Source: Amphiscolops sp. MND2022 (taxonomy: Eukaryota). Taken from it: 60,000 nucleotides of DNA. The notes under the pieces are model-generated. The model was not told the DNA's origin. It searched no databases and was given only the letters and a program-made list of their open reading frames with translations. The position numbers were made by a program, and so were the translations under genes. The stretch lies in the NCBI GenBank assembly GCA_964187785.1, contig OZ076409.1, forward strand, positions 67,210,001 to 67,270,000, written 5' to 3'. Positions 1 to 12,433 of this stretch are shown piece by piece; position 1 is the first letter of the stretch, and the number at the start of each line of letters is the position of its first letter.

Positions 1-247
1 CTTTTGCATTTGTATATTTTTTAGATTCTGATGATGGTCTACAAGACCGAAAACGTTTAAGTCAACTTTTCGATATCAATCTTCTTTTTCCTGATATTCG
101 AATCATCGATTGCTGGGTATACCAACATCTACAATCCTGTTTACAGCGATTCGTAAAATGACAACGGAATCAACAAACAAATTTCGAAATTATTAAAAGC
201 AGTTCATTCAAGTAGTTAACAGCCGAGATAGAAACAATCAAACTAAC

Positions 248-415
248 TTTTCCAACATAGAATGGAGTCCCAAGATACCCCGGTACGCCTTCAGGATAAG
301 CGGAGTTCAAAATCCACAGAATATGATGTGCGGCCTGTGCTTTCGCAGGATCGTACACTTCATGAGGCAAGATTCTTATGCAGTCATCACCCTTGCAGTC
401 TTTGGTCATTTCCAT
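248..415 (-). CDS. Putative isolated exon of an unidentified gene
   Basis: Open frame MEMTKDCKGDDCIRILPHEVYDP...PEGVPGYLGTPFYVGK with protein-like composition, ending at a donor-like AAA|gttagt at 247. No clean in-frame AG acceptor seen. Confidence 0.3.
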
Positions 416-734
416 TTGTAGGGAAAATCACTTTAAAACACTCATAAGGCATACCAGAATGTCTTTTCAGTTGATTGATAATGGATACATAGCAAAAATG
501 CTATGCATAACGTATCTGAAGTGAATTTGATTTCCAACAGAGGATGAACTCATAAATCTATACAGTAGCGTACCAAAAGTTTAGGCACAGCTAGTATCTT
601 GAGATTTATCGAATTTTTGGGTACAAATGCAAACTTTCAGTAGAAATATATGGTTCGGTGTTTAATCATGGTACCCTAGTTTTAGTAAAATTCAGTTCAA
701 TGTGCTGTTTTACATTCATTACTTCCTGAAGACA

Positions 735-1135
735 TAGATCGTCGTCATCAATCTGGTGTCACGTAAGTCATCATGTAGTGGGGATGACAAACACCTGTTG
801 TCTGCAAACAAAAGGAAACAAGATAATAAAAGACAGCACAACTAATCATGCCAGCTACTATCCCAGTCAACCGACAGACCCAGAACGAAAAAAACCCACG
901 TTGATCGTCGAGTTAGAAAAAAATTATATAGGTCCCAACAAACAGTACTATATGAAATCTTTAAAGATTTTTCTGTCGCGTACTGTTCCCAGGCAACATG
1001 CGGCATTGCCGACTTGTAGAGTCATTGAGATCAGTGCATTGTACACGATATACGAAAAACAAAACGCCTGCAAATCACCGGGATATTTTCCCCTTTTTCG
1101 CCTTCACCACACTGAGCCATAGCAATTTTGGGGAA
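735..1135 (-). mobile_element. Short bipartite non-autonomous retroelement: tRNA-like head plus CRE-derived 3' tail
   Basis: 960-1032 matches the CRE ORF end at 6793-6866 (ISMTLQVGNAAC vs ISMALQIGNAAC); 843-884 matches 6676-6716; 735-815 matches 6000-6076. The head 1065-1135 recurs at 10195-10265 and has an A-box-like TGGCTCAGTGTGG. Confidence 0.5.
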
Positions 1136-1149
1136 TAGGATTTAAGAAT

Positions 1150-1580
1150 TGGGTCCAGTTTGAGAAATTCTACAAACTGGTCCTGGTGGTCCAGTTTGTA
1201 GAATTTTTTTTCTACAAACTGGATCATTAAATTCTACAAAGGATACGGGACAATTTGCCGAAAGAGAGTTCGACCTGTTCGAGACAGTCTTTGCTCCTGT
1301 TCGACCTCGCCCAGCTAGATGAGAACGTAAGCGGCCCCAAGGGGCCGCGGGGCACTAGAGGAAATGGGGACAAATCCGAGGCACGTTTTATACTTTGCAT
1401 CATTCCCACAATATTGGTCTTATTGTTTTTCTTCAATTCCAGAATTCTACAAATTGGACGAAACCAGTTTGTAGAAAACAAATTTGTAGAATCCAGTTTG
1501 TAGAAAAAAATTCTACAAACTGGATCTCACTTTTTTACAAACTGGATTCTACAAACTGGTTTTTTTACAAACTGGTCCCA
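1150..1580. mobile_element. MITE with TGGGTCCAGTTTG/CAAACTGGTCCCA termini and many TCTACAAACTGG repeats
   Basis: Terminal inverted repeats, subterminal motif repeated in both orientations, related copy at 7290-7680. Confidence 0.7.
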
Positions 1581-1747
1581 TACCGGATTTGAACCATAAA
1601 AACTAAGATTCCGCCTGCCGATTGTTCCAAGGGTAATCGGCTGAAGCGACAGAATTGCTGAGCAGCATTTCACATATTTTGATGGCTTCATACCTTTGGA
1701 GGTTGAAAAGGGGCGACAGATTGTTACCATTTGATGGGGTTTTGGTA

Positions 1748-2097
1748 GGGTGGGCGGAAATAGGTCGAAGGAACGGGATCGAAAATCAGAGTTAGTCCTC
1801 AGGTCGACATACCAAATTTTTGGAATGGGATCGAAACAACTCGGATCGAAATTTTTATAATGTAGTCAGATATGTTCACATACCCCTAGTGCCCTGAATG
1901 CAGGAGCGAAGCGAAGCGGAGCGACGTGCCATATGGCCATGCCTCAATGTTGCTACTTGGCGAAGGGAGCGGAGCGACCAAGCCATACGACAAATACGAT
2001 AAAATTCGACCGCATTCCATTCGATCCCTGCAATTCGATCAAAAGGTTCGACCTCTGTCCTTTCGACCAGAAAAATTCGACCTATTTACAGCCACCC
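1748..2097. mobile_element. MITE with GGGTGG..AAATAGGTCGAA TIRs
   Basis: Left gggtgggcggaaataggtcgaa vs right ttcgacctatttacagccaccc; GATCGAA/TTCGAC subterminal repeats; central GAGCGAAGCG motif also seen at ~49290-49340. Confidence 0.65.
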
Positions 2098-2299
2098 GTT
2101 TTAGTGCAACATTTCAGAAAAGACTTGTTGTCATTAATTTTCCACCTGAGGTTCCAAAAATGGTTATTGAAAAAGCTGACATCTTGCTGTTTATGTCTCG
2201 TACAATTTTGATATCTCAAAAACTTTCCGAATCTGGTTACATGACTCTCGAGGAGGTTAACAACACTGTCGAGAAAAGAGAAAGATGCATCATGTGTCC

Positions 2300-5200
2300 A
2301 ATGTAGTAAATCGTCTTCTAGTTTGACCTTCAAGAGAAATTTGGCAATGATGGTTGTACTCAGAATATCAAGAGGCGGGGTTCCCAGCGGCGAAAATCCA
2401 TGTCTAAAGAATGTCCTTATGAAATTGTTCTGTACTGCTGTGACGTATTTGAAGTTTTTCTCAAGTCAAGTTGGTGCTGCATAGAAAAGTGAGTGCTGCA
2501 AGTAAGATGTTGGTTTTGTACTACAGAACTAGCGTTGAAACTGCAAGGCTCCATTTTCTTGACTTGATTATGTTCCAATTTTGGTTTGCTCTTTCAATTG
2601 TTTTAGTAGAAGGACCCCGGTAGTTGCGCTTGCTATCGATAAGTACTCCGAGAGATTTTGTTGTTTTTTAACTTGACATATATCACCATTGCGGGACGGG
2701 TGTTCGAAGTCATTCCCTTCGCAATTAAAAAAGATTAATTTAGTTTTTCCTCCGCTCATTAACATCCTCTAGTCTGCACACCACTTCTCGATGTCAGAAC
2801 ATGTTCTTCGAAGGATGGCAGATAATTTTGACGGATGTTTGCCAGTGACAATGGAAAAACTATCTTCTGCAAACTTGAGTTGTTGTGCTTGATTACTGAG
2901 GAAGTCGTTCAGGAAGATGAGGAAGAGCAATGGCAAAGACAACACACTTCCCTGTGGAACGCCAATGTCAATCTGGAACGTCGGAGATTGGTATCCATTC
3001 AGTTCGATGGAAGCGGCTATGGTTTTTAAAAACGATTTTATTATCTGATACACTTCGCCCGAAATATTGTGTTCCAATAGTTTAAAGATAAGGCCGTCCA
3101 CCCACACGCAATCGGAAGCTATTTCGAGGTCAATGTTAAGCAGAGCCGTCGGTAAACGTGATTGTTTGGAATTTTCGACCATGAGATGTAGTCTGTAGAG
3201 CGATCGAGTGGTGTTTCTTTTCGATCTGAAACCCTCCTGTTCGTCCCCAAGCAGTCCATTTACATCGAGATGTGGTTTGATTCTAGTTGCAAGAATTCTT
3301 TCCAGCGTTTTCCCGATATGACTGGAGATTGAGAGTCGTCGATTTGCAGAGCATTCATCATATCTCTCTGTGTTTGGTTTGTGTATGAAGACGACTCGTG
3401 ACTCCGTCCATAACCACACATGATATTCCCAGCAAGCATTGAAAATAGTCAGCAAAAAATGCTTTAGTGCCCAAATTCTTTATCATTGTCACATGGTTAC
3501 CATCAATATAAAAAAACTCATTGCGGCTAGATTTCAAAATGGCAATCTTCAATTCATCAATTGTAATTTCATCATGAATTACTTCATTATCATGTTCAGG
3601 ATCATCATGTGGTTGGTTTATTTTTGCTTCTACTTGCAGTTGTGTTGCATCGTTGAAAATTTGTTTTTTTCAGATGTTCTCCTCCGAAGAACGTGGTTTC
3701 AATATAATTGCTAATTTCCTCTCTGGAGCGTATAAGAGACCTTCCTTACTGCGTATTAGACCAACTTCTTCATGTTTATTGTTGAGTAAGGTTTTGTAAG
3801 AAGTCCAAAACTCTCTTCCTCTTTTATGCCCAAGCGATGACAGATAGTTTTCCATCCATTCAGTTACACTTTTGTTGAGTAGAATTTTGAAACGTTCCTT
3901 CGCTGCCTTTAGCTTTTGTCCGTTTTCAAAAATTGACTTGTACTTGAACTTTTTGCGTAAAAATCGAAGCTCATTGCATGCGTCTGTCAAGTCTGAGTTC
4001 TAAAACGGTTTGCTATGATTTGAAACACATTCTAGGGGTATGTGACCAAAGGAAGCTTCATAAAGCAGATTCCTGAACTCGCTCCAAACAAAAACAGGGT
4101 CGTCCTCAACAACCATGCGATCATTTATTCGGCCCTCAATGAAAGAAGTCCAACCCACTCAATCAGCTTTTTCAATCCCTACTTTCTTGGATTTCTCAGT
4201 GATGCTACTACGTTCCAATATCATAATAACAGGAACATGACACCTCAATGGAGCACCGGTGAACATCTCTGGAAATTCAACCGTAGACAGGGATTGTTTA
4301 CATCTATCGAACAGAGGCCCATAACAGATGCAAAGATCGATAATAATGGAGCCAATTGCTGCCAAAAACGTAAGCTCACCATCATTGAGAACGCTGAAGT
4401 GGTCAACTATTTGAACTAGTTCCTCACCTAAGAACTTACACGATTTGTCTCCCCAATAGGTATGCCTTGCAATGAGGTCTCCAAAGAAAAAAGTTCCATT
4501 CAGGCAATTTTTGTCAACATACGTTTTGCAACCCTGTCTTTTTGTTTGTAAAAACTCTGAAAAGTCTGTATTTTTGTTTGTAAAAGTCTGAAAACGTTTA
4601 TTGTTTTTCTCAGTCCCCCGATTTCCTCGGGTCTGACATATGCAGTAGACACAACTAACTTAATTCCGCCCAGCCTAACAGTCAAAACAACCTTATCAAC
4701 AGAGGTGTCTTCGAGTTGATTAAGTCTTGAGTACTTTTTGTGATTTATCAACATAACTGCGACGCCCCCAGAACATCCACCCATACAACTGATTGTTGTG
4801 AAAATGTCAAATAGATTTGCGCTACTTTGTGTATTGGATTCAATAAACAACGATATCAGCTTCGGTTTGTTGTAAGTATTGATTCAATGCTGTTTCACTA
4901 TAATCACTCAGGCCGCATATACTGTTCTGCAAGAACGTAAAACCAGGGTTATCCATCATTATTTGACACAGGGTTTCGAAGTCGGTGCTTTAGACCTCGC
5001 GCCTCACAAACCATTTTTACCTGTTTAATATAAGTTGGACAGTCAAGAGAATCAGTTTCGTGGCTTCCGCTGCAATTGGCACAGTTGGCAGGCTGATTAC
5101 CTTTCCAGTGTTCGACAGAGTGCTCGGTGGAGCAATGTTTGCATGACACTTTCGAATGGCAATTGGAACTGACGTGTCCGAACTTCTGATATCGGTAGCA

Positions 5201-5900
5201 GCGGATTATTCGTATTCCTTGCTGTATGAATTCGACTGATTGATAGTACAAATGGTCAATGAATGGTCCGTTGTTGCCTTGTCAAAATGGACTTTTGAGG
5301 GAAACGTCAGTTCGACAGTTTGCAGTGATTTCCCATTGCTTTTGACAAAGCGTCTGATTCTGACACCTGGAAAGTTATCCGTAAGAGCTGATGTCATGTC
5401 CGAATCGGACACTTCTAATGGAACTCCCCGTATTCCGGCGCTGTAATGTTCATTCCTGTCACTAGCTCTTCGAAGCGACGGGTCGCCCCCTCCCAAAAAT
5501 TCAACCTTCCATCCCAGCAAAACACAGTCAGCCTCCTCTTGTGTTGTAAACTCAAGATGTATACAACCACGCGCTGTAATAAAGGCGTACGGCAATTTTT
5601 TGTTTGGATATATGAAAGTAAACGCTTATTTGATTTCGATGCTATCTCTGAAATTCTGATTTGTCTTGATGAGCAATATGTTGCGAGGATCACGATTTTG
5701 TTTTGTACCACTTCTGGTGTCAGTTGTACTTTTCATCTGAGTTTCGTTCGATTTGTTTTTTCCGTATCCGTATAGTTGTCGAGTGGCGGAGTTGATGTTG
5801 GGTTGTCAAGCTTGAGTTCAATGATTAATGATCCTTTTTCATGGATTCCATGATTTGTTTCTCCCTTTTTCTGATTTCAGTCTATTTCTTTCTGTTGTTT
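2300..5900 (-). mobile_element. Decayed non-LTR retrotransposon (I/Jockey group LINE): ORF1 with CCHC knuckles, APE endonuclease, RT
   Basis: ORF1 fragments 4949-5711 with RCYRYQKFGHVSSNC..CKHCSTEH..CANCSGSH; endonuclease fragments 4159-4850 (GGVAV, IIDLCI); RT 2769-3455 (QEGFR, LDLEIASD, GVPQGSVLS, KFAED). Many frameshifts and stops; ends approximate. Confidence 0.85.
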
Positions 5901-6096
5901 CCTTTCTGTTGTTTCCTTACACGTTATAAGACGAACTCAGATTGGTACGGGGCTCTACGATACTTTGAAGTTTTTTCTACTTTTTTCAACTATCAGATAT
6001 GGATCTTCGTCATCAACCAAATGCCACGTGTATCATCATGTTGGTAGACACACACCCGTGGTCTGCAACAAAAGGAGCTAACCCCATACATACTAC

Positions 6097-6628
6097 GTGG
6101 GTACAAACTACGATCTAAGGAATAAGATCGAAACGCACTTCTGTAACTAAGATCAGAAGAACTGAGAGCTGAATATAATTTTTTGTTACCAAGATCTACA
6201 GAATGCCAGCTCTTAACTCTTAACTAACTGCGAAGTGATAAAAAGTATAAAACGAGCATCGGAGATGTCCCCATTTGCTCTAGTGCCCCGCGTCCTTTTG
6301 GGGCCGCTTATGTTCTCATCTTGCTAAGCGAGGTCGAACAGGAGCAAAGACCTAGCGGGAACAGAGATCGCGATGCGATCGTAGTGGGAGCTGGTCTTTG
6401 CGACAGAGAGGGCGAGCGTGCATAAACAGAAGTTGCGCCACATTATGACATTTTCGCTTTCAGAATGTCCATATTGATTGAATTTCCCTTTTTGTTTGTT
6501 TTGATGGTCCATTAAAAAAGTCCTAAGCGTATTAGACCTTAGTTACGGTGCCTGCTTTTAGATCTTAGTTCTTTAGTTCTTAGTTGCGGAATGTCTTCAG
6601 ATTTTTAGACCTTAGTTTCGGTCCCCAC
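6097..6628. mobile_element. MITE with GTGGG.AC.AAACTA.G.TCTAA TIRs, inserted in the CRE 3' region
   Basis: Left gtgggtacaaactacgatctaa vs right ttagaccttagtttcggtccccac; TAAGATC/GATCTTAG subterminal repeats. Confidence 0.6.
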
Positions 6629-7289
6629 ATGCCACAATCCCAGTAAACCAGTAACAACAAAAAACAACCAACGAACTACTTATACCAGCCACTATCCCAG
6701 TCGACTGCTAGAACCAAGTGTTGAAAAAGTTGCAATGATGGTCTTAAGTGGCTTTGAAATGGTTTGAAAAAATAACCATATATAATAACATTCTTCAAAC
6801 TTATTTCTGTTGCTCACAGTTCCTCGAACACAAGCGGCATTGCCGATCTGAAGAGCCATTGAGATCCGTTGCTTGAAAAAACTGCCAGCTCATTGATCAT
6901 TGTACGAACAAGAGCTTTTAGAGAGATGCGTGATGAAAACTTCAGTTCTTTCGCCTGAAGAACCATGTACTTCCACAGCCACCAGTTTGATAGTGTATCC
7001 ATTGTCTATTAATTCGCGATACTTCTCAATTTTACGCGCTTCTGCATCGCTGGCGGTGGTTCCCGGATTGCATAAGAAGTCTTGATTCAGGCGACTGGGT
7101 GCAAGTGCATCCACAACCGTAAAATCCCACACCAGCTTTTTTACCCATTTCACAAGGAATCATGGTAACATCGTCTGACATCAGTTCGATACAGTCCACG
7201 CAGCTCGATTATTGAGGGCAAGTCGAGAGATCCCAACATCTGCTTTATGTGAGATTTGAGCGTAGCATGGCGTGAGAAGCGACGAACTA

Positions 7290-7680
7290 GGTCCAGTTTG
7301 TAGAATACCAGTTTGTAGATTTCTACAAACTGATGCACGCTCGCCCTCACCGTCGCCAAAACGAGCTCACACTACGATCGCTTCGCGATCTCTGTTTTCG
7401 CTAGGTCTTTGCTCCCGTTCGAACTCGCTCGGCAAGATGGGAACATAAGCGGCTCCAAGGAGCCGCGGGGCACTAGAGGAAATGCGAACATATTCGAGGT
7501 ATGTTTTATACTTGGCGTCATTCCTACATTATTGGTCTTATTGTTTTTCGTCTGGAATTGGTGATTTGCAAACTCGTTTCTACAAACTGTTTTTCTACAA
7601 ACTGGTCGGTTTTTCTACAAACTGGTCGTTAAAATAAGACCATGATCCAGTCTGTAGAAAAAAATTATACAAACGGGACA
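7290..7680. mobile_element. MITE of the TCTACAAACTGG family, inserted in the CRE ORF
   Basis: Homologous to 1150-1580 in both core and subterminal repeats; interrupts CRE coding remnants. Confidence 0.7.
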
Positions 7681-10600
7681 TCATTTGCCTCTGAACCATT
7701 TCTCCAGCGTTTTTATGAACCAAACATCTTCGGAGGTTTCCGAGAAAAAAGTTGTGAGAAAATCACTTGCACCAGAAGCTGAGGCTGAAAAGGGTGGGAA
7801 GTGCTAATAATGATGCGGATGAAACACCAAGGCCACCCATTTCAGCGGGCAAAGTCAGCTGAGATTTGAAATATCGTCAAAGTTCGCTTTACACACTTTG
7901 GAACGCTCGTCGCGTTCTGTTTCGAAATACTTTTCCCAGAGAGCTGGATGATTAAAGCATGAATTGGTGTTCAAGAAGTACAACAACTTTGGCAGAGCGA
8001 AGCATTATTTCAATTTAAAAAAATACATGAGCATGCAAATGTTGCTCGACTGCATTAACTTTTTCCATTCAATAATGTTCGTTTACCAAACGTCTGCCTG
8101 CGGGGCCTGTCGAACCCAGCGGTGAACCAAGAATGAGAAGTTCATCTTTCGTTGGCGTTTTTTGATCCCGGGCAGAGTTTTTGAAAAGATGCCTAATTGT
8201 CGATTGTCTTTATTCAGTGATGCCACCAAGGAAAAAAGTGACATTTCATGGAGTCCAAGCGTTTTTTCCGCTGCAACAGTTTTTTTGAAATCTTTCACAA
8301 CGGTTTCGTAAGTATCACCTAAATTTATTTCGTCGAGGTCCCATGTGTTTGTTTGTTGAATCCAGACTGTCATTCAGATCCTAAATGGAATCCTAAAATA
8401 AAGCTGGACACTCAGGATCTCTATGCTGGGTCCTTGCGCACGTTTTGATAACTGAATTACCGTAAAAAAGGAAACTTGGTTGACTGAAACCCAAGTGGGA
8501 GTACTTATAAACTTCAGAGTGTATTTCAAAAGTTTTCTCGAGCATGAATGGCCGGTTTTTCGAGGTGAAAGCGTTTTGAAAGTCAATTTTCGAGATTACG
8601 TTTCTTTTGAGCTGAGGGTTTTCTATCAGACAACGGAACACATGTGAGGCCATTTTTGCCCCCTTCTGGTGCCTACGCCTCATTGTGGACTTCCGTATCT
8701 TGCTTGACGTGATTCAAAGACATGGTATCCGGCACGTTTTGAGGACAACCAGCGGAAAGTATCCAGCGCGTTTCCAGACGTTCTCCAGCGCAATTCCAGA
8801 AATTGATCGTAATACAGCCACACGTTTTATATGCCCTACCAAAATGACTATTGATGTTTCCAAAAATGTGAATGAAACTAAAAGACAACCACCTTCCACC
8901 GCAGTCACCTGAGTAGTTGAAAGTCAAATCTATGTTTCGTACTTTTCCTGGAGGTTTTCCTGTTTTTTCAAATGGGCGTGTTTGCTTTACCATGATATTC
9001 ATTTTTATGTGAATTACAACTTTTTGTTAGCCTTAAATATACGGTGTTTTCGTACGAAGAGCAGACTATAGTAGTTTAAGACTGACGAACTGATAGATTT
9101 TGTAAACTTAATAGCTGCTGCTTAGTAACTTGCACTTCCTACTGCCAAAAGGTACAGAGGTTAATCTGGAATTTTCGAAGTCTGAAAAGCAGAAGAATGG
9201 GGGTTCGAGTCTTGCACTTGACCGAAATTTTTAAATGTTTGCAAACGTAGAGAGGACATCAAAGAATGCCCCCTTCGGATTGAAAATGGCAAGTTTTTTC
9301 AAGTACCCTTTTTGATTTTTAGCAGAAACAAATATTTGTGCGAGCTAAGAGAGCCATTTTAGGTTTTTGCAGCACTATGTGAGTTATCAAAGCCATTTTT
9401 TTCGTAGATGTTCTGTTAACGAAAACTGTTTCAAAAGTCTTGGTCATTTCTAGGTCCCATGTGATTGATGAGAGTTTTCTCAATACCTCAGGGTGTGGAA
9501 AGGACCTCCGGTTTATCAGCACTGTGCGACTTTTCTTCAAAAATTTAATTCGGTCAACGGGTACCTACCCGCTTCACTTTTCATTTTTTTGTCTTGTTTT
9601 TGGAACTTGAATGGACTTTTTCTGGGATTTTTGGCAATATGAGAATTTTTCCGAAAAAAATCAACAGTGTTTCAAAAAATGGGGTTTTGGATGTTCCGAG
9701 CTAGCGCAAAAGCTTTGTCTAGTCTTATGGGTATTTGTTCGGGTGTTTTTTGGTGCTGGGAAATAAATAAAAACGTTCACAACACTGTCCCACTACAGAT
9801 TTAAAAATCGTTGCTTTTTTTAACTTGAGCGGGGCGCCGACTTGGTCCGTTCCCGGATATATATAAGAGGATTTGTACTGTCCGATACTGATGTAGTATC
9901 GTATAACAGTTTTTACGGTGCCAATAGAGGATGATGCAGCAACAGCAACTTTGGACAAATTTTTGTTTGTTTCTGGACCTTTCAAAAGTGTTTTTTTTCA
10001 GGTTATAAAATCATTAATTTGACAAAAAATGAATGTGTAAAAACAAGGATACAAAAGAATTTTGCATGAAAAACGAATCTGGGAAACTGGTTAAATAAAA
10101 ACATCACTTTGTGATTGCACAAAAAATCCTTGAAAACAACGTCTCATCTTCGGGGAACTGGGAATAGTACCTTAGTAATTAGAACTGAACAAGACGCCCG
10201 CTAAGCACCGGAATATTTCCCGCCTTCTTCGCCTTTATCAACTGAGCCATAGCTATTTTGGGTGTGGGAATAGGTTTAAAGTATAAAATCTAAAATTTAG
10301 TGATTTTAGATCTTATTCCCTTCAGATCTCATTCCATTTTTACTTTAGATGTTATTCCCCCCTCTAAGCTGTTTTAGTCACTTGACTATTTTAGTTACTA
10401 GTAACTAAAATAGTCAAGTAGCTATCTAAAATAGTCAAGTCGATTGAGGACCTCGGAGGAGATTTGGCAAAATTTGGAAAAAAACGCAACACAAACCATG
10501 ATTTTCCGCCCCCATTATATGTGGGCGGAAAATAACAATTACGCGGAATAGGGCTCAAATGATTAAATGCTATAGTTTTTAAAAAAGAAAAGAAGGCCTG

Positions 10601-11052
10601 AAAAAACAAAGATCAGTCTGAAAAGTAATTGTGAAGATCTTGAAAAAATATTAAGTTTTTCGGTCTTATTATCTGAAGAGCTCACCTGCTGGCCTACCCT
10701 AGCATATAGAAAACGGCACTATTGAGAAACAATTGCTCATAACATTTTTTTCACGAAGATAACTATAACTAGTAAAACTATGTAGGATTTTACCAGGATA
10801 CAACTCGTGCATGACGGGATATATATTCAACATTTAAAATTGATAATTCCAGTGACAATATTCATTAAATTAGGATTCTTTCCTCTTCAACTTCTTTAAT
10901 TTGCTTTTTTCAATCCATAGCAGTATCTATTTGGCTAAAATGAATTTTTGTTCATTTTTGTTCATAAAGACAAAATCCCATTATTTCAAGGAATTCGAGT
11001 TTCTTATTTTTTAAAGTATAACTTTGAATAAAAATAATGTCGAAACTGCCAT

Positions 11053-11355
11053 CTAAATTAGAATTGACAACTCAAATAGGTGTTCGATAATTTCTGATAT
11101 TCCTTGATCAATCAATTCAATGCGGTCACCATCTGTCACAATCCTGGAATTGCTTCTCAAACCATGACTCATTCTAATCGCTACGTCCTCGTTGGTGAGC
11201 ACATCCTCACACAAATTGTATCTTGCGGCTAAGAGTTCCATGGTTCTCAGGCCGCTGTACTTCCAATGTACATGTGTAGGGGGCTGACCTTTGAAAGTAT
11301 AACTGGTCATCGGATGGCAACTGGTAGCGAACAGGCATGACCAATCACATGAAAC
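11053..11355 (-). CDS. Putative exon resembling a divergent tyrosine-kinase C-lobe
   Basis: Acceptor caaaag|GTT. Frame ...THVHWKYSGLRTMELLAARYNLCEDVLTNEDVAIRMSHGLR loosely resembles PTK subdomains IX-X (DVWSYG..WEL....PY...NEDV...V..G.R). Confidence 0.4.
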   Translation of the reverse strand, partial: VSCDWSCLFATSCHPMTSYTFKGQPPTHVHWKYSGLRTMELLAARYNLCEDVLTNEDVAIRMSHGLRSNSRIVTDGDRIELIDQGISEIIEHLFELSILI

Positions 11356-12226
11356 CTTTTGAAAACAATTTTTGCTGCCACCTAACCGAACAGTTCATTT
11401 GGTTTAATACGTCAAACGGCAAATATAATGATATTATTATACAGTTTTTCAATATGAAACGCCTTTCATCAGAATGGAAATCAACGTTCCGTTTGTCAAA
11501 AGGAAAACTTTTTTCGAGTAAAAATAAGCTAAGTTTCTATTCACAAAAGTTTCATAAAGTGTCATTTTTCAAGAATAAGAAAACTAAGATTCATGTTCTA
11601 GAGCAAAAGAATCTTCTAAAAGAAATTTGGCCATGCCTGATACTGGTTCTCGCACAAAACCGACTGACAAGTCAATGCTGATTGGTTCCTGCGTTTGCCG
11701 AATTTGTGCAACAGACAGAAGGCGAATGCTGACGTCAGCAAGGAGGCTACGAAGACAACGAGAACACAGGAATAGATGAGAACGGTCAACACGCCCCGCC
11801 CACTTGGAGAGGTCGGCCCTTATTCAAAGGAAGTGCGAAAGTGAACTTTAGTTTAACCGACGAATATAACAACAATTATTATATATGTGAACGTGTTTGG
11901 CCAATTTTTTTTCGAGCTACATGTTATTGCATGTTTATTTTCATATGATCCTCAAGTTTGTTGAAGCTTGAATCATTATAGCTTAATATTGCTTTTTTCT
12001 AAAATTGGTGATTTTGATTGAGCTAATATTTTGATATTTTTTCCCGTAAATTTGGAAAGAAATCGATAGATTTTAATGAATGCATCAAAGGTTTGAAAAA
12101 CGAAATCATAAAAATTGGCTCGAAATTGATTTTTAAAGAGATTTTGAACTGAAAACATGATACGACAAAAGCTTAAATTATTTTTCTTTACACCTAACAA
12201 CCCTCCATGTTTATCGCACCCCTTAC

Positions 12227-12433
12227 CCTGTTGGAAAGTAAGAACAGCATTAGTGTTGGCGTTGACCACGTACTCGTTATTGATGGTAGCCGTTCCGTCC
12301 TCCCCTTTGTCGTTTTTGGTCCCATTCTGGACAAAGCGATTGTAGATCTGGTACACAAAACTAGGCACGCTGCAAAGAACAAGCATGCCAAAAATAGCGG
12401 CAATAACGAAAAAAGTCAGTTGCAGCATTTGAA
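12227..12433 (-). CDS. Transmembrane exon of the host Ig/FN3 receptor-like gene
   Basis: Acceptor aaaaacag|, hydrophobic FFVIAAIFGMLVLCSVPSFVY followed by a polar tail with NNEY, donor G|gtaagg at 12226. Confidence 0.55.

Larger units (their letters stand above)
6000..9000 (-). mobile_element. Decayed CRE-clade non-LTR retrotransposon (RT plus restriction-like endonuclease), interrupted by MITEs
   Basis: RT remnants KIDFQNAF..R..ML, SQPSFLFYG, TQHRDP.CPALF, WDLDE (8083-8683); RLE motif LVWDFTVVDALAPS..AEARKIEKY..VAVEVHG (6890-7153); C-terminal ISMALQIGNAAC. Confidence 0.8.
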
